The notes beneath the pieces were generated by a model. It saw only the letters and a list, made by a program, of their open reading frames with translations, made no database searches and was not told the DNA's origin. A stretch of DNA of 37,471 nt from Chloroflexota bacterium. GTDB lineage: Bacteria > Chloroflexota > UBA11872. The translations under genes were made by a program, and so were the position numbers. The stretch is taken from positions 1 through 37,471 of the forward strand of contig JAPPFO010000237.1 of NCBI GenBank assembly GCA_028875175.1, written 5' to 3'. Each line of letters starts with the position of its first letter. The stretch's first letter is position 1. Below are positions 26,010 through 35,354 of the stretch, piece by piece.

Positions 26010-27269
26010 TCAGGCGGACGGTTCAAACGCGCCGCTCTCGAGGATGGCGTCGTCCGCATCAAAGCCGAACGGGCTGGCCGGGTCGATGACCTCGCAGGTT
26101 CCCGGCAGGTCGTCGAGCACGCCCTCGCTGACCCAGAAGGTCTCCAGATCCAGGGTGTTTTGGATCCGCCCGATCCGGAGCGGCTGATTGGTGGTTCGGG
26201 CGGCCAGGTGCAGGACCGTTTCGTAGCACGCACGGTCGGTGGGCAGCGTCAGCGGCACCTTGGCGGCGTGCAGCGCCATGGCGGTGAGGGTGTTCATGGC
26301 CAGGGCTTCGTGGTCGATGGCGTCGGCCAGCTTGCGGCTGCAGAGATCGGCCAGCCCGATACCGACGGCGTTGCCGTGGGACTCGGGCGTGAGACCCAGG
26401 ACGGCCAGCCAGCCATAGTCGGGCGTGCGGTCAAGCTCTCCCAGGCGACGCCACATGCCGACGACGTTGGGATCCATGCCCGATCCGGAGATGTTCTTGC
26501 CCATGCGGTCGATCAGCAGACCGTCGAGCTTGTCCAGCGGCAGACGCGGCATGAGCTTGTGGGCGATCTTGAGAAGGGCTTCGTCGGTCGCGTGGAAGGC
26601 CTCCGGGGGCACGACCTCGGCGCGGGCGGGCCGGTCAAAGGCGTTCTCGACCAGGGCAACGCCGCAAAGGAGATGCCCGGATGCCACGGTCAGAGCCGCC
26701 GCCTCGGGAATGCCCGTGGCCAGCGGGTGCGCGTGCAGCGATTCGGCCCCGCGGCGATTGCCGAGGCCGATGACACTCATCTTGCACAGGCCGCTTTCGA
26801 TCGGCCCGCGGAAGCCCGTGTGGGGCTTGACGCGGCCAATCACGATCACGCCGTCGGACGCCGCGGCCGCGGCGTCCAGGTGGACGGTGATGCCGGAAGC
26901 CGTCTTGCCCAGTTCGACCGTGTCCATGGTGGCTCGAACCGGAGCGCCGACGCTCCGCTCGTGCACCCCGTAGTCGGCGAGAACCGACGCCTGTCCCTCG
27001 GCCGTGCCGCCGCCGTGGCTGCCCATGGCAGGAACCACGAACGGCTGCAATCCGGCCTCGCGCAGTCCGCTCACGAGAGTCCGCACAACCTCAACGACCG
27101 GCGAGACGCCGCGCGAGCCGACAGCGATGGCGACCGAAGAGCCCTCGGGCAGCGCGGCTCGTTGGAGTTGACGGCGCAGCCCAGCAGTCAGGTGCGCTTC
27201 GAAATCGTCCAGCTCGACGGTGTCGAACGTTTGGCGGACGAGGTGCATGCGGGGTGCGATTGCAGGCAT
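26010..27269 (-). CDS. LarA N-terminal-like (DUF2088/DUF362-type) protein, putative racemase/epimerase
   Basis: AIAVGSRG, PAMGSHGG, RVKPHT, ESGLCKM, GKNISGSGMDPNV and HGNAVGIGLAD motifs. Confidence 0.8.
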   Translation of the reverse strand: MPAIAPRMHLVRQTFDTVELDDFEAHLTAGLRRQLQRAALPEGSSVAIAVGSRGVSPVVEVVRTLVSGLREAGLQPFVVPAMGSHGGGTAEGQASVLADYGVHERSVGAPVRATMDTVELGKTASGITVHLDAAAAASDGVIVIGRVKPHTGFRGPIESGLCKMSVIGLGNRRGAESLHAHPLATGIPEAAALTVASGHLLCGVALVENAFDRPARAEVVPPEAFHATDEALLKIAHKLMPRLPLDKLDGLLIDRMGKNISGSGMDPNVVGMWRRLGELDRTPDYGWLAVLGLTPESHGNAVGIGLADLCSRKLADAIDHEALAMNTLTAMALHAAKVPLTLPTDRACYETVLHLAARTTNQPLRIGRIQNTLDLETFWVSEGVLDDLPGTCEVIDPASPFGFDADDAILESGAFEPSA

Positions 27270-27274
27270 GGCGC

Positions 27275-27280
27275 AGTCTA
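27275..27280 (-). promoter_or_regulatory. -10 box TAGACT of a probably leaderless transcript
   Basis: TAGACT-GCGCC-ATG; no Shine-Dalgarno sequence immediately before the start. Confidence 0.55.
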
Positions 27281-27341
27281 GCCAAGGGCCGTGGGTGGCC
27301 GAGACGCGGTCACAGCAGGGCCAAATTGGCTCCTTCCAAGG

Positions 27342-28043
27342 TCAGCCGGACATTTCCACGCGCCATGGTCGGCAGCCTTTCGAGCTGAGGGTCACGGGAT
27401 CCTGCCGGTAGTGGGGGCTTTCCCTGATGCCCCCGCTGAATGCCAGGTCGCGAATACTGAGCCGATCCGGGCTTTCGATAACGCGGTTCAGACGTCGGCT
27501 GCCGCCCGACTCGATCCAGGTGAGCTTGACCGTGCAGGGCAGACCCGCGTTGCCGGGCGGCTCAGATACGAGGGTCATTTGGGTGGTCAGGAATTCGGGG
27601 AGAGCTTCCGTTCCTTCCGAAATGCTGTGAACCACGCGAATCTCGCGGCGCTCCGCCAGGATGTTCAGCCACAGGTTGTAGCCCAGAAGAAACAGTCCAA
27701 CGAGTGCGACACCCAGGACGAGCGCACCCAGCGTCCGGCGACTCCGCCGCTGCCGCTGCGCCATGACCGTTGCCGCCTGGGCTCGCACCGCCGGGTCGCG
27801 GCGCACCGGCGGCGCGCGGCTGACTGCCGGCTCTGCCGCGGCGGTACGTGCGTCGGGAAGCTCCCTGGCGCGACCGCCAACCAGAAAATGGACCCAGTGA
27901 AACGCGCCCTTCAGCAAGTGAATCGCGGCGTTGACGGCCACGACGACCGCGGCCCCGAAGATCACCCAGCCGGCAACAACCACCAGCAGGGCAACGGCCA
28001 CAATGATCGCGGCGACTACAAACGAAGGTCCGGTTAAGTCCAA
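27342..28043 (-). CDS. Hypothetical membrane protein
   Basis: Long N-terminal hydrophobic segment, a second TM helix and a C-terminal soluble domain with two Cys; TGgTAGCTT extended -10 at 28105-28113. Confidence 0.65.
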   Translation of the reverse strand: MDLTGPSFVVAAIIVAVALLVVVAGWVIFGAAVVVAVNAAIHLLKGAFHWVHFLVGGRARELPDARTAAAEPAVSRAPPVRRDPAVRAQAATVMAQRQRRSRRTLGALVLGVALVGLFLLGYNLWLNILAERREIRVVHSISEGTEALPEFLTTQMTLVSEPPGNAGLPCTVKLTWIESGGSRRLNRVIESPDRLSIRDLAFSGGIRESPHYRQDPVTLSSKGCRPWRVEMSG

Positions 28044-28231
28044 GTTCTCGCCAATTCGCCGCTGGGAATAGCGCCAGTGGTCGGGTCAGCGGCGGCAGGC
28101 TTTCAAGCTACCAGAGCATGTGTGCAATAGGGCGCACGTGGTTGGCCGAGCGGTGACCGACTTCCACGACCTGCACAGCTGCCGCTCCCTACTGGAAGAG
28201 TCGTGTCCGGTAGGGCACGCTGGCGGGCAGG

Positions 28232-28969
28232 ATGCGGATCGCAGTCGTTACCGACATTCACGGCAACCGCCACGCCCTGTTCGCGGTGCTGGCCGACTTG
28301 CGGCGGGTGGGCGCGGACCAGGTGGTGTTTGGTGGCGACGCGGCGCTGTTCGGCTCGCGGCCGCGCGAGTGCTGGGAACGCGTCCTCGATCTCGGCTGGC
28401 GGCTCGTGCAGGGCAATACCGACCGCTACATCGCCACCCTCGGCCCCGGGCTCGCCGCGGTTGGCAAGCCCGCGCGCAGACCGACGGACTTCAGGGCGAC
28501 AAATGTCGCCTGGGCTGCCGAGCGGTTGGGACCGGCCCTGGTCAGGGAAATGGGCGCCATGCCGCGGCAGGCCAGCATCCCGTCACCGGCCGGCACGCTG
28601 CTGGTCGTGCACGGGTCGCCGGGCGACGACGAGACCGGCTGGAGCCGCGACGACGATGAGCAGACCGTGGCCAAAGTGATCGGTCCCACCGAAGCCACGG
28701 CCGTCGTCAGCGGCCACACCCACACCGCCATGATCCGACACGCGGGCGACGTGTTGGCCGTGAACTGCGGGGCGGTGGGCCGCTCCCACGACGGCCAACC
28801 CGGCCTGGCGACCTACGCGGTTCTGGACGATTCAGGCGGCCGCTGGTCGGCCGAACTGCGGCGGGTGGACTACGACCACCAGGGCGCATATGCCGAGGTG
28901 CAAGCGCTTGGTGTTCCGCTCTCTGAAGACTTCGCGAATACACTACTGACCGGCGTCGCGCCGGCCTGA
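28232..28969 (+). CDS. Calcineurin-like metallophosphoesterase
   Basis: DIHGN, GGD, GNTD, HGSP, GHTH and NCGAVG motifs. Confidence 0.92.
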   Translation: MRIAVVTDIHGNRHALFAVLADLRRVGADQVVFGGDAALFGSRPRECWERVLDLGWRLVQGNTDRYIATLGPGLAAVGKPARRPTDFRATNVAWAAERLGPALVREMGAMPRQASIPSPAGTLLVVHGSPGDDETGWSRDDDEQTVAKVIGPTEATAVVSGHTHTAMIRHAGDVLAVNCGAVGRSHDGQPGLATYAVLDDSGGRWSAELRRVDYDHQGAYAEVQALGVPLSEDFANTLLTGVAPA

Positions 28970-29053
28970 GCGCCGACGCTTGACGCCCAAGTCATCCGCC
29001 AAAAGTGACGCCGCTGGGGACGCGAAGGTAATGGAGGTGCGGCCTATCCGGCG

Positions 29054-29275
29054 TTGAGATGGCAGGGCATGGCCGTCCTGCATGTCACGCTAGCGCTGAT
29101 TCCGGGGCTGGCGCTGGCCTCGCTGCCGTTGGACGCCCACAACGGACCGTTTGGGAGTATCTTCGATATATCCATGACTGCCCTATCCGTCCGCACCCTG
29201 GGACTGCTCACCGTGTTTCTGGGCGTGATGCTGGCCGTTCGCGGCGTCCATTCGGACGCAGATCCCGCGGCGTGA
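29054..29275 (+). CDS. Small two-helix membrane protein
   Basis: Two hydrophobic helices; stop overlaps next start (GTGA); start is TTG 29054 or ATG 29069. Confidence 0.55.
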   Translation: MRWQGMAVLHVTLALIPGLALASLPLDAHNGPFGSIFDISMTALSVRTLGLLTVFLGVMLAVRGVHSDADPAA

Positions 29276-30120
29276 GCCAGGTCGTCCGCTCGCGCGCCCT
29301 TTGGGCCGCCGTTGGATCCATCACGTTGGCGGTGGTCCTGTTGATCACGCTTGCCCCGGCGCGCGACATCACGCACACGGTCCTGGGCTGGCTGCGGGTG
29401 ACGCCGCTGGAGATCGACGCGGACGCCGGTCCGGCAACCGCCGCCGGGCGAACCGTGCCCGCGACACCAACGCCAACCCTCGCCGAAGTAGTCGAGGTCG
29501 TCAGCTCGGAACCCGGCCTGACGATTCGAGACCCGTCGCCCGCGGACATTCGCGACTTGCCCTTTGACCTGCTGACCGTCAGTCCCTCGGAGGATTTCTC
29601 CGACGAACCCGAGCGCAGCATCTCCACCCTGGGCACGCTGACGCTGCAGCTGGACACAGCCAACCTGGCCGCGCTGCTGTCGGGAGGCTTCGGGTCGCGG
29701 TCGCTCGCGCGTCGTTTGGGAACCGACGAACTCACCATTTCGGGCGGCGCGTACGTTATGACCACCTGGCCGGCTGACGACACTGACCGGGAACCGCTCA
29801 CGCTGCTCCAGATCGAGGCGCCGCTCGTTCGCGGACTGCCGCCGCGCGACCTGGAGCTGCTGGCCGAATTGCTGGCCCAGGCCTTTGTTCCGCCGATTCT
29901 GAGCCAGGAGATTGATGTGCTGGAGATCCCGCTGATCCGGCTGGCGTTGGGCCTGGACGGCGACTCGACATCTGATTCGGCAGAACCATCCGTCACCGAC
30001 CTGCCAACCGGAAGCCTGGGCGTTTCCTGGATGCACGAACGGTCGCAGCTTCTGCTCACGGGGCCACTGCCGCCTGACAGCCTGCTGCGCCTGGCCGAAA
30101 CCGCAAGGATCGAGCGCTGA
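29272..30120 (+). CDS. Membrane-anchored extracytoplasmic protein (anti-sigma C-terminal-like)
   Basis: GTG start coupled to the upstream TGA; one TM helix followed by LGWLRV; C-terminal VSW...LLTGPLPPDSLLRLAE. Confidence 0.75.
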   Translation: MSQVVRSRALWAAVGSITLAVVLLITLAPARDITHTVLGWLRVTPLEIDADAGPATAAGRTVPATPTPTLAEVVEVVSSEPGLTIRDPSPADIRDLPFDLLTVSPSEDFSDEPERSISTLGTLTLQLDTANLAALLSGGFGSRSLARRLGTDELTISGGAYVMTTWPADDTDREPLTLLQIEAPLVRGLPPRDLELLAELLAQAFVPPILSQEIDVLEIPLIRLALGLDGDSTSDSAEPSVTDLPTGSLGVSWMHERSQLLLTGPLPPDSLLRLAETARIER

Positions 30121-31028
30121 GCGACCACCCCGCCATCACTCTCGCCGGCGTCACCAAGCGCTACGGCGCCACCGTCGCCGTTGCCGACGTCAGCCTGTCG
30201 GTCGAGCACGGTGAGATTTTCGGCTTCCTGGGGCCCAATGGCGCGGGCAAGAGCACCATCGTCAAGATGATCCTGGGCCTGACGTATCCGACGGCCGGCG
30301 ACATCGAGGTCCTGGGTCAACCGGTGGGCAGCCTGGCGGCGCGCGCCCAGGTTGGGTATCTGCCCGAGACCTTCCGGTTTCACGACTGGCTCACCGCGTC
30401 CGAGCTGCTGCACTTCCACGCCGGACTGGCCCGCGTTCCCGCCCAGGTTCGCGCCGCGCGTGTATGTGAACTGCTGGAACTGGTCGGACTCAGCGACCGC
30501 CTGGACGACCGTCTCTCCACCTTTTCCAAGGGCATGATGCAGCGCGTCGGGCTGGCGCAGGCTCTAATTGGCCAGCCGCGGCTAGTCATCCTGGACGAGC
30601 CGACCTCGGCCCTGGACCCCATTGGACGCCGCGACGTCAGGGACCGCATCCGGGAACTCGGTCAACAGGGCGTCACGGTCTTTCTGAACTCCCACCTGCT
30701 ATCCGAGGTTGAGCAAGTCTGTGACCGCGTAGCCATCATCGACCACGGCGCCATCGTGGCCGAGGGCAAGTTGGACTCGTTGCTGAGCGCCCAGGAAATC
30801 GAGATTCGCGCCGGCGATGGCGCCGAGGCCGCCGCCCGCCAGGCCCTGGGCGACGCTGAGGTTCGCGCGCGCAACGGACGACTGCGCGTGCGTGTTGCCA
30901 ACGACGAAGAGACCGCAATCCTCGTGCAGCGCATCGTCGAAGCCGGCGTGCCGGTATACGACGTGCGGCAGGTCGGCGACTCCCTGGAGGACCTGTTCGT
31001 GCGCGTGGCCGAACGGGGCGACGTGTGA
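30117..31028 (+). CDS. ABC transporter ATP-binding protein (probable CTG start)
   Basis: Walker A GPNGAGKST lies upstream of the called ATG 30267; signature FSKGM; Walker B ILDEPT; H-loop NSH. Confidence 0.92.
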   Translation: MSDHPAITLAGVTKRYGATVAVADVSLSVEHGEIFGFLGPNGAGKSTIVKMILGLTYPTAGDIEVLGQPVGSLAARAQVGYLPETFRFHDWLTASELLHFHAGLARVPAQVRAARVCELLELVGLSDRLDDRLSTFSKGMMQRVGLAQALIGQPRLVILDEPTSALDPIGRRDVRDRIRELGQQGVTVFLNSHLLSEVEQVCDRVAIIDHGAIVAEGKLDSLLSAQEIEIRAGDGAEAAARQALGDAEVRARNGRLRVRVANDEETAILVQRIVEAGVPVYDVRQVGDSLEDLFVRVAERGDV

Positions 31029-31861
31029 GCACCCACCTGATCGCGTTCTTCACACTCCGCGAGGCGTTGCGGCGTCGTGTGGTGCTGGCGGCGGCGTTGC
31101 TGACCTTCGGATACCTGGTGCTTTACGGCGTCGGGGTCTGGTTCGGCTACCGCGACCTGCAAGATACCCCCGGCGGACCGCCCGGGCTGACGGAAGGCGT
31201 CATCAACCTGATGCTGGTCGGCGGTCTCTGGAGCCTGAACTTCATCGCCTCGGTGCTGGCCATCTTTCTGTCTGTTGGCGCTCTCGGGGGCGAAGTGGAC
31301 CAGGGCACGCTGCATGCCATTGCGGCGCGGCCGGTGCGACGCAGCGAAATCGTGCTGGGGAAGTTCGTTGGCTTCGCGTTGATGCTGGCGGTCTTCATCG
31401 GCGTCTCGGCCAGCCTGATGATCCTGATCGTGGCCGTGATCACCGGCCAGCTTGTCGGCGCCAGTTGGTCCGGTCCGCTCCTGATGCTGCTGGCTGCGAT
31501 GCTGTTGATCGGTCTGGCACTGGCCGGGAGCTCGCGTCTAAGTCCGTTGCCAAACGGTGTGATCGTGTTCACGCTCTATTCCACGGCCTTGATCGGCGGC
31601 GTGATTGAGCAAATTGGCGACGTGCTGGAAAGCGCGGTGATGTTCAACATCGGCGTCTTCAGCAGCGTCCTGGTTCCCACCCGCGCCATCTGGGACATGG
31701 CCAGCGCCCAGCTGGCTACCGGCGGCTTCGCCGGCGAACTGAGCGCCGGCCCGTTTGGCGCCAGCAATCCGCCGTCCGGCTGGATGCTGTTGATCGCCGG
31801 CCTGCACCTGGCGCTGGCGCTGGGGTATGCCGTTCGCACCTTCAACCGCCGCGACTTCTAG
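31025..31861 (+). CDS. ABC-2 type transporter permease
   Basis: TLREALRRR and GEVDQGTL...RPVRRSEIVLGKF motifs, about 6 TM helices; GTGA overlap. Confidence 0.92.
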   Translation: MSTHLIAFFTLREALRRRVVLAAALLTFGYLVLYGVGVWFGYRDLQDTPGGPPGLTEGVINLMLVGGLWSLNFIASVLAIFLSVGALGGEVDQGTLHAIAARPVRRSEIVLGKFVGFALMLAVFIGVSASLMILIVAVITGQLVGASWSGPLLMLLAAMLLIGLALAGSSRLSPLPNGVIVFTLYSTALIGGVIEQIGDVLESAVMFNIGVFSSVLVPTRAIWDMASAQLATGGFAGELSAGPFGASNPPSGWMLLIAGLHLALALGYAVRTFNRRDF

Positions 31862-31906
31862 CGTCGCCTAGAATGCGGCCACCTTGCGCCGTGGCGCCGC
31901 TTCCCA

Positions 31907-33178
31907 ATGACTACTGACCTTCGGATTGCGCTGATCGGGTGTGGAGTTCACGGCGGTACGCGCCTGGCTCCGGCCGTGTGGTCCACCGACGGCGTCGCCC
32001 TGAGCGCGTGCGTTGACGTAAACCCCGCGGCGGCTCGCAAGACTGCCCATGGCGTGGCCGAAGTGCTGACCAGCGTGGAGGAGTTGACGTCCGGCGGCCA
32101 TGCCGACGCTGCGGTGATTGCCGTGCCGCACGACGACCTGGTCCCGATCACGCAGGCCTGTATCGAAGCCGGCCTGCACGTGCTGGTGGAGAAGCCCGCC
32201 GGGCTGAATGCGACCGAGGTGGCGGGAGTCGTGGAGGCCGCCAACAGTCGCGGGCTCACCTACATGCCCGCCTATTGCCTGCGATTCAACGACGTGCGCA
32301 CCCGCGCCCGTGACCTGGTCCGGCGCGGCGTGGTGGGCAACATTCGCACCCTGGCGGCCGCCAAGGGCAGCCCGCCGCTCCCAGGCTGGCTGGCCGACCC
32401 CGCCCGCGGCGGGGGGCAGTTGCTTTTCCTGGGTTCCCACCTGGTTGACCAGTTGCTGTGGCTGCACCGCCAGCCGGTGGTTCGCGCATACGCGCACATC
32501 ACGTTCAGGGACGACACGGGCAGCGACGAGTCGATCTCGGGCGTCATTGAGTTTGCCGATGGGGTCAGCGCCACCATCAGCCTCAGCCAGGCCGCCGGCG
32601 TCGCGTACGACCATCTCGAAATCACCGGCGACCGGGGACGAATCAGGTCGGACTGGAAAAGCGGCCAGATCGACATCGAGAGTTCCGGCGCCCACGAATT
32701 CCGCCGGCCGACAGTCGAATTCGTGCAGTCGGACCCCCTGCAGCCGATGTACGACGCCGAGATGGCGGAGTTCGCCACCGCCGTGCACCTGGGTCGACCT
32801 CCGAGCGTTGACGGGCACGATGCGATCCGCACGCTGAACGTGCTGGATGCCTTGCGCGCGTCAGCCGAGCGCGGCGCGCCCGTGCACGTTGACGATGCGG
32901 TGCATGGATCCGCGGGGCGGCTGGTTGACCACGGGCCAGCGCGGATTCGGATCCAGTTGACCTATCCGTCAGACCGAATACAGGAACCGATCCTTTACGA
33001 GCTGGCTCGGCGATTTCACCTGAAGTTCAACGTGCGTCGCGCCGACATCGACGCGGGCATTGGCTGGGTGCAATTGATGCTGGAAGGCGAGCGCTCCGAG
33101 ATCGAAGCCGCCATCGAATGGGTCGAGGCGCAGGGCATCCGCGCCGACCCGGTCGAAGGCGACATCGTCAGCGGCTGA
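31907..33178 (+). CDS. Gfo/Idh/MocA oxidoreductase fused to a C-terminal NIL domain
   Basis: IGCGVHG, VEKP and GGGQLLFLGSHLVD; the last ~78 aa (EPILYELARRFHLKFNVRRADI...GWVQLMLEG...PVEGDIVSG) match the NIL pattern. Confidence 0.88.
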   Translation: MTTDLRIALIGCGVHGGTRLAPAVWSTDGVALSACVDVNPAAARKTAHGVAEVLTSVEELTSGGHADAAVIAVPHDDLVPITQACIEAGLHVLVEKPAGLNATEVAGVVEAANSRGLTYMPAYCLRFNDVRTRARDLVRRGVVGNIRTLAAAKGSPPLPGWLADPARGGGQLLFLGSHLVDQLLWLHRQPVVRAYAHITFRDDTGSDESISGVIEFADGVSATISLSQAAGVAYDHLEITGDRGRIRSDWKSGQIDIESSGAHEFRRPTVEFVQSDPLQPMYDAEMAEFATAVHLGRPPSVDGHDAIRTLNVLDALRASAERGAPVHVDDAVHGSAGRLVDHGPARIRIQLTYPSDRIQEPILYELARRFHLKFNVRRADIDAGIGWVQLMLEGERSEIEAAIEWVEAQGIRADPVEGDIVSG

Positions 33179-33183
33179 ACGGC

Positions 33184-34281
33184 TCAGCCTCCGTCGCTGA
33201 CGACTGAGCGATAAAAGGCCGCCGTTGCGTCGGCTACGGCCTGCGTGGTGTAGCGCTGCAGCACGTGGGCGCGGCCGGCCTGGGCGAGTTGTTCGCGGCC
33301 GTCCGGGTCGTCGCGCAGTCGGTCCAACGCGTGCGCCAGGGCATGCGCGTCGGCAGGCGGCACAACCACGCCGGCCTGGCCCACAACATGCGGGAGCTCA
33401 CCAGTGGAGGACACGATGGTAGGCACGCCACAGGCCATGGCTTCCACCGCGGCTCGGCCAAACTGCTCCGTCCAGCCGCGGCGCCCGACGGTCGGCAGCG
33501 CGAACGCATCCAGCCCGTTGTAGAAGGCCGGCATGTCGGCGCTGGGGAGCGCGCCCTCGAAGACGACGTCAGGCATGGCGGCGGCCATACGCCGCAGGTC
33601 CGGCTCGGCGGGTCCGGTTCCGGCGAGGCGCAGGACGACATCTCTTCCAATGGCGCCGACGGCGCGAATCAGCACGTCCACGCCCTTGGCGGCGACCAGC
33701 CGGCCGGCGTATCCAACCACGAAGCGATCCGGGTCTCGCGGCTGCGGGCGAGGCGCGAACAGCTCCGGATCCACACCAAATTGCGGGATCACCTCGATTC
33801 GGCGCGTGTGGCCCTTGCGCCGAATGACTTCGCCGGCGTCCTCGCTGCCCACGATGGCGTCCGCCCGCGCAAGCACGTAGCGTTCGATCCAGCGAAACGG
33901 CGGCGGGTAGCGCCGATAGAGGTTTTGCCAGGCAAAGAAGACCGGACGTACGCCGTAGCGCACGGCGTCGCGGCAGGCGATGGCCGTGGCCAGGTTGTAC
34001 GGCTCCTCGTCGATGTGCAGCACGTCCGGCCGGAAGTGGCGCAGGACCTGGCGCAGCCGGCGAAACCAGAAGAGGTGATAGCGCCCGTTGAGAGCCAGCG
34101 GCGTGTAAACCATCTCGTAACCGCGCGGCGGTGGGCGCTCGGCAACCTGGGCTTGACCCTGCTCAACCCAACGGTCGGGCGCCACGGCCAGCAAGTCCAG
34201 ATCGGGGTTGGCGCCCAGCGCCCGCAGCTTGTCGTGATGCGCGCCCACAATCAGGGCCTTGGACGCCAGCAGCACTCTCAT
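33184..34281 (-). CDS. Glycosyltransferase family 4
   Basis: RPDVLHIDEEP, PQFGVD, GRLVAAKGV and EQFGRAAVEAMACGVP motifs. Confidence 0.93.
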   Translation of the reverse strand: MRVLLASKALIVGAHHDKLRALGANPDLDLLAVAPDRWVEQGQAQVAERPPPRGYEMVYTPLALNGRYHLFWFRRLRQVLRHFRPDVLHIDEEPYNLATAIACRDAVRYGVRPVFFAWQNLYRRYPPPFRWIERYVLARADAIVGSEDAGEVIRRKGHTRRIEVIPQFGVDPELFAPRPQPRDPDRFVVGYAGRLVAAKGVDVLIRAVGAIGRDVVLRLAGTGPAEPDLRRMAAAMPDVVFEGALPSADMPAFYNGLDAFALPTVGRRGWTEQFGRAAVEAMACGVPTIVSSTGELPHVVGQAGVVVPPADAHALAHALDRLRDDPDGREQLAQAGRAHVLQRYTTQAVADATAAFYRSVVSDGG

Positions 34282-35336
34282 GCGACCACCTGTCGGTAGA
34301 CGGCGTGCGTGCCTTCGGCCGTGCGCGCCCAGGTAAAGGTTGCCGCGCGTGCCAGGCCGCGCTCGCGCATCTCGGTGGCTGCCGCGGAATCGCCAGCCAC
34401 CGCCGAAACAGCGTCGGTCCAGGCAGCCGGATCGTCGGGTGGCAGGAGCCGCCCGGCGTCGCCCACCACCTCGGGAAGCGATGTCGCCCTGGCGGCGATT
34501 ACCGGCACGCCGCTGGCCATGGCCTCCAGCGGATCCAAGCCAAAGCCCTCATAACGAGAGGGGAAGACGAACACACTCGCCGCACGATAGAGATCGGGCT
34601 TGTCTCGCTCGTCCACGGGACCGTATACGTGCAGCCAGTCGTCGGCGCCGGGATCGAGGTGGGCGAACCAATCGACGTAGACCCGGCTCGCTTCGCGCGG
34701 CGAGCGCCCGGCGACCACCAGCGGCAGGCGGCAAGTTCGCCAAACGTCCGGCCAGGCCGCCAGCACCACGCTTAGGTTCTTGCGCAGGTCGCGCGTGCTG
34801 AGAAAGAGGCCGAATCGTTCCGGCAATCCCAACCGTTGACGGGCGTGGGAACGCGCGGCCGCGTCGCCGGGACGAAACCGTTCATCGACGCCCAGGGGCA
34901 CGACGTGGACTCGATCGGACGATACGCCCGCCAGTCTCGCGAGATCGTTACGGGTCCATTCGGAGTCGGCGATCAGGAAGCGCGCGCGGCGCAAGCCCGC
35001 TCGAACCAGCCGAAAGTAGAGAGCCTGGCCGGGACCCGCGCCATACGCCGGCATAGCCATCGGGATCAGGTCGTGAACGGTCACCACGGCCCGCGGCGCG
35101 AGCAGCGGCGGCGCTAGGTAGGGAACGTGACCAACGGCCCCGCGCGCCCGCCGCGGCCACAGCGCCTGCTCCCACGTGACCTTGCCCACACGTCCATCCA
35201 GATACCGTGGCGGCGTGTGCTCATCAATCACGAGATCCGGGTATCCGGCTCGCAGGGCCGGAGCCAATGAACTCAGGTACTGGCCAGACCCCGTCTCGGG
35301 AAAGCGCCGGAAGTAGGCGTTGAACGCGAGGCGCAG
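34278..35336 (-). CDS. Glycosyltransferase family 4 (probable CTG start)
   Basis: VTVHDLIP, RKNL and YEGFGLDPLEAMASGVPV; the N-terminal strand (L/M)RLAFNAY...ETGSGQY lies upstream of TTG 35267. Confidence 0.9.
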   Translation of the reverse strand: MRLAFNAYFRRFPETGSGQYLSSLAPALRAGYPDLVIDEHTPPRYLDGRVGKVTWEQALWPRRARGAVGHVPYLAPPLLAPRAVVTVHDLIPMAMPAYGAGPGQALYFRLVRAGLRRARFLIADSEWTRNDLARLAGVSSDRVHVVPLGVDERFRPGDAAARSHARQRLGLPERFGLFLSTRDLRKNLSVVLAAWPDVWRTCRLPLVVAGRSPREASRVYVDWFAHLDPGADDWLHVYGPVDERDKPDLYRAASVFVFPSRYEGFGLDPLEAMASGVPVIAARATSLPEVVGDAGRLLPPDDPAAWTDAVSAVAGDSAAATEMRERGLARAATFTWARTAEGTHAVYRQVVA

Positions 35337-35354
35337 CGCGCGGGCCTCGCGCGA

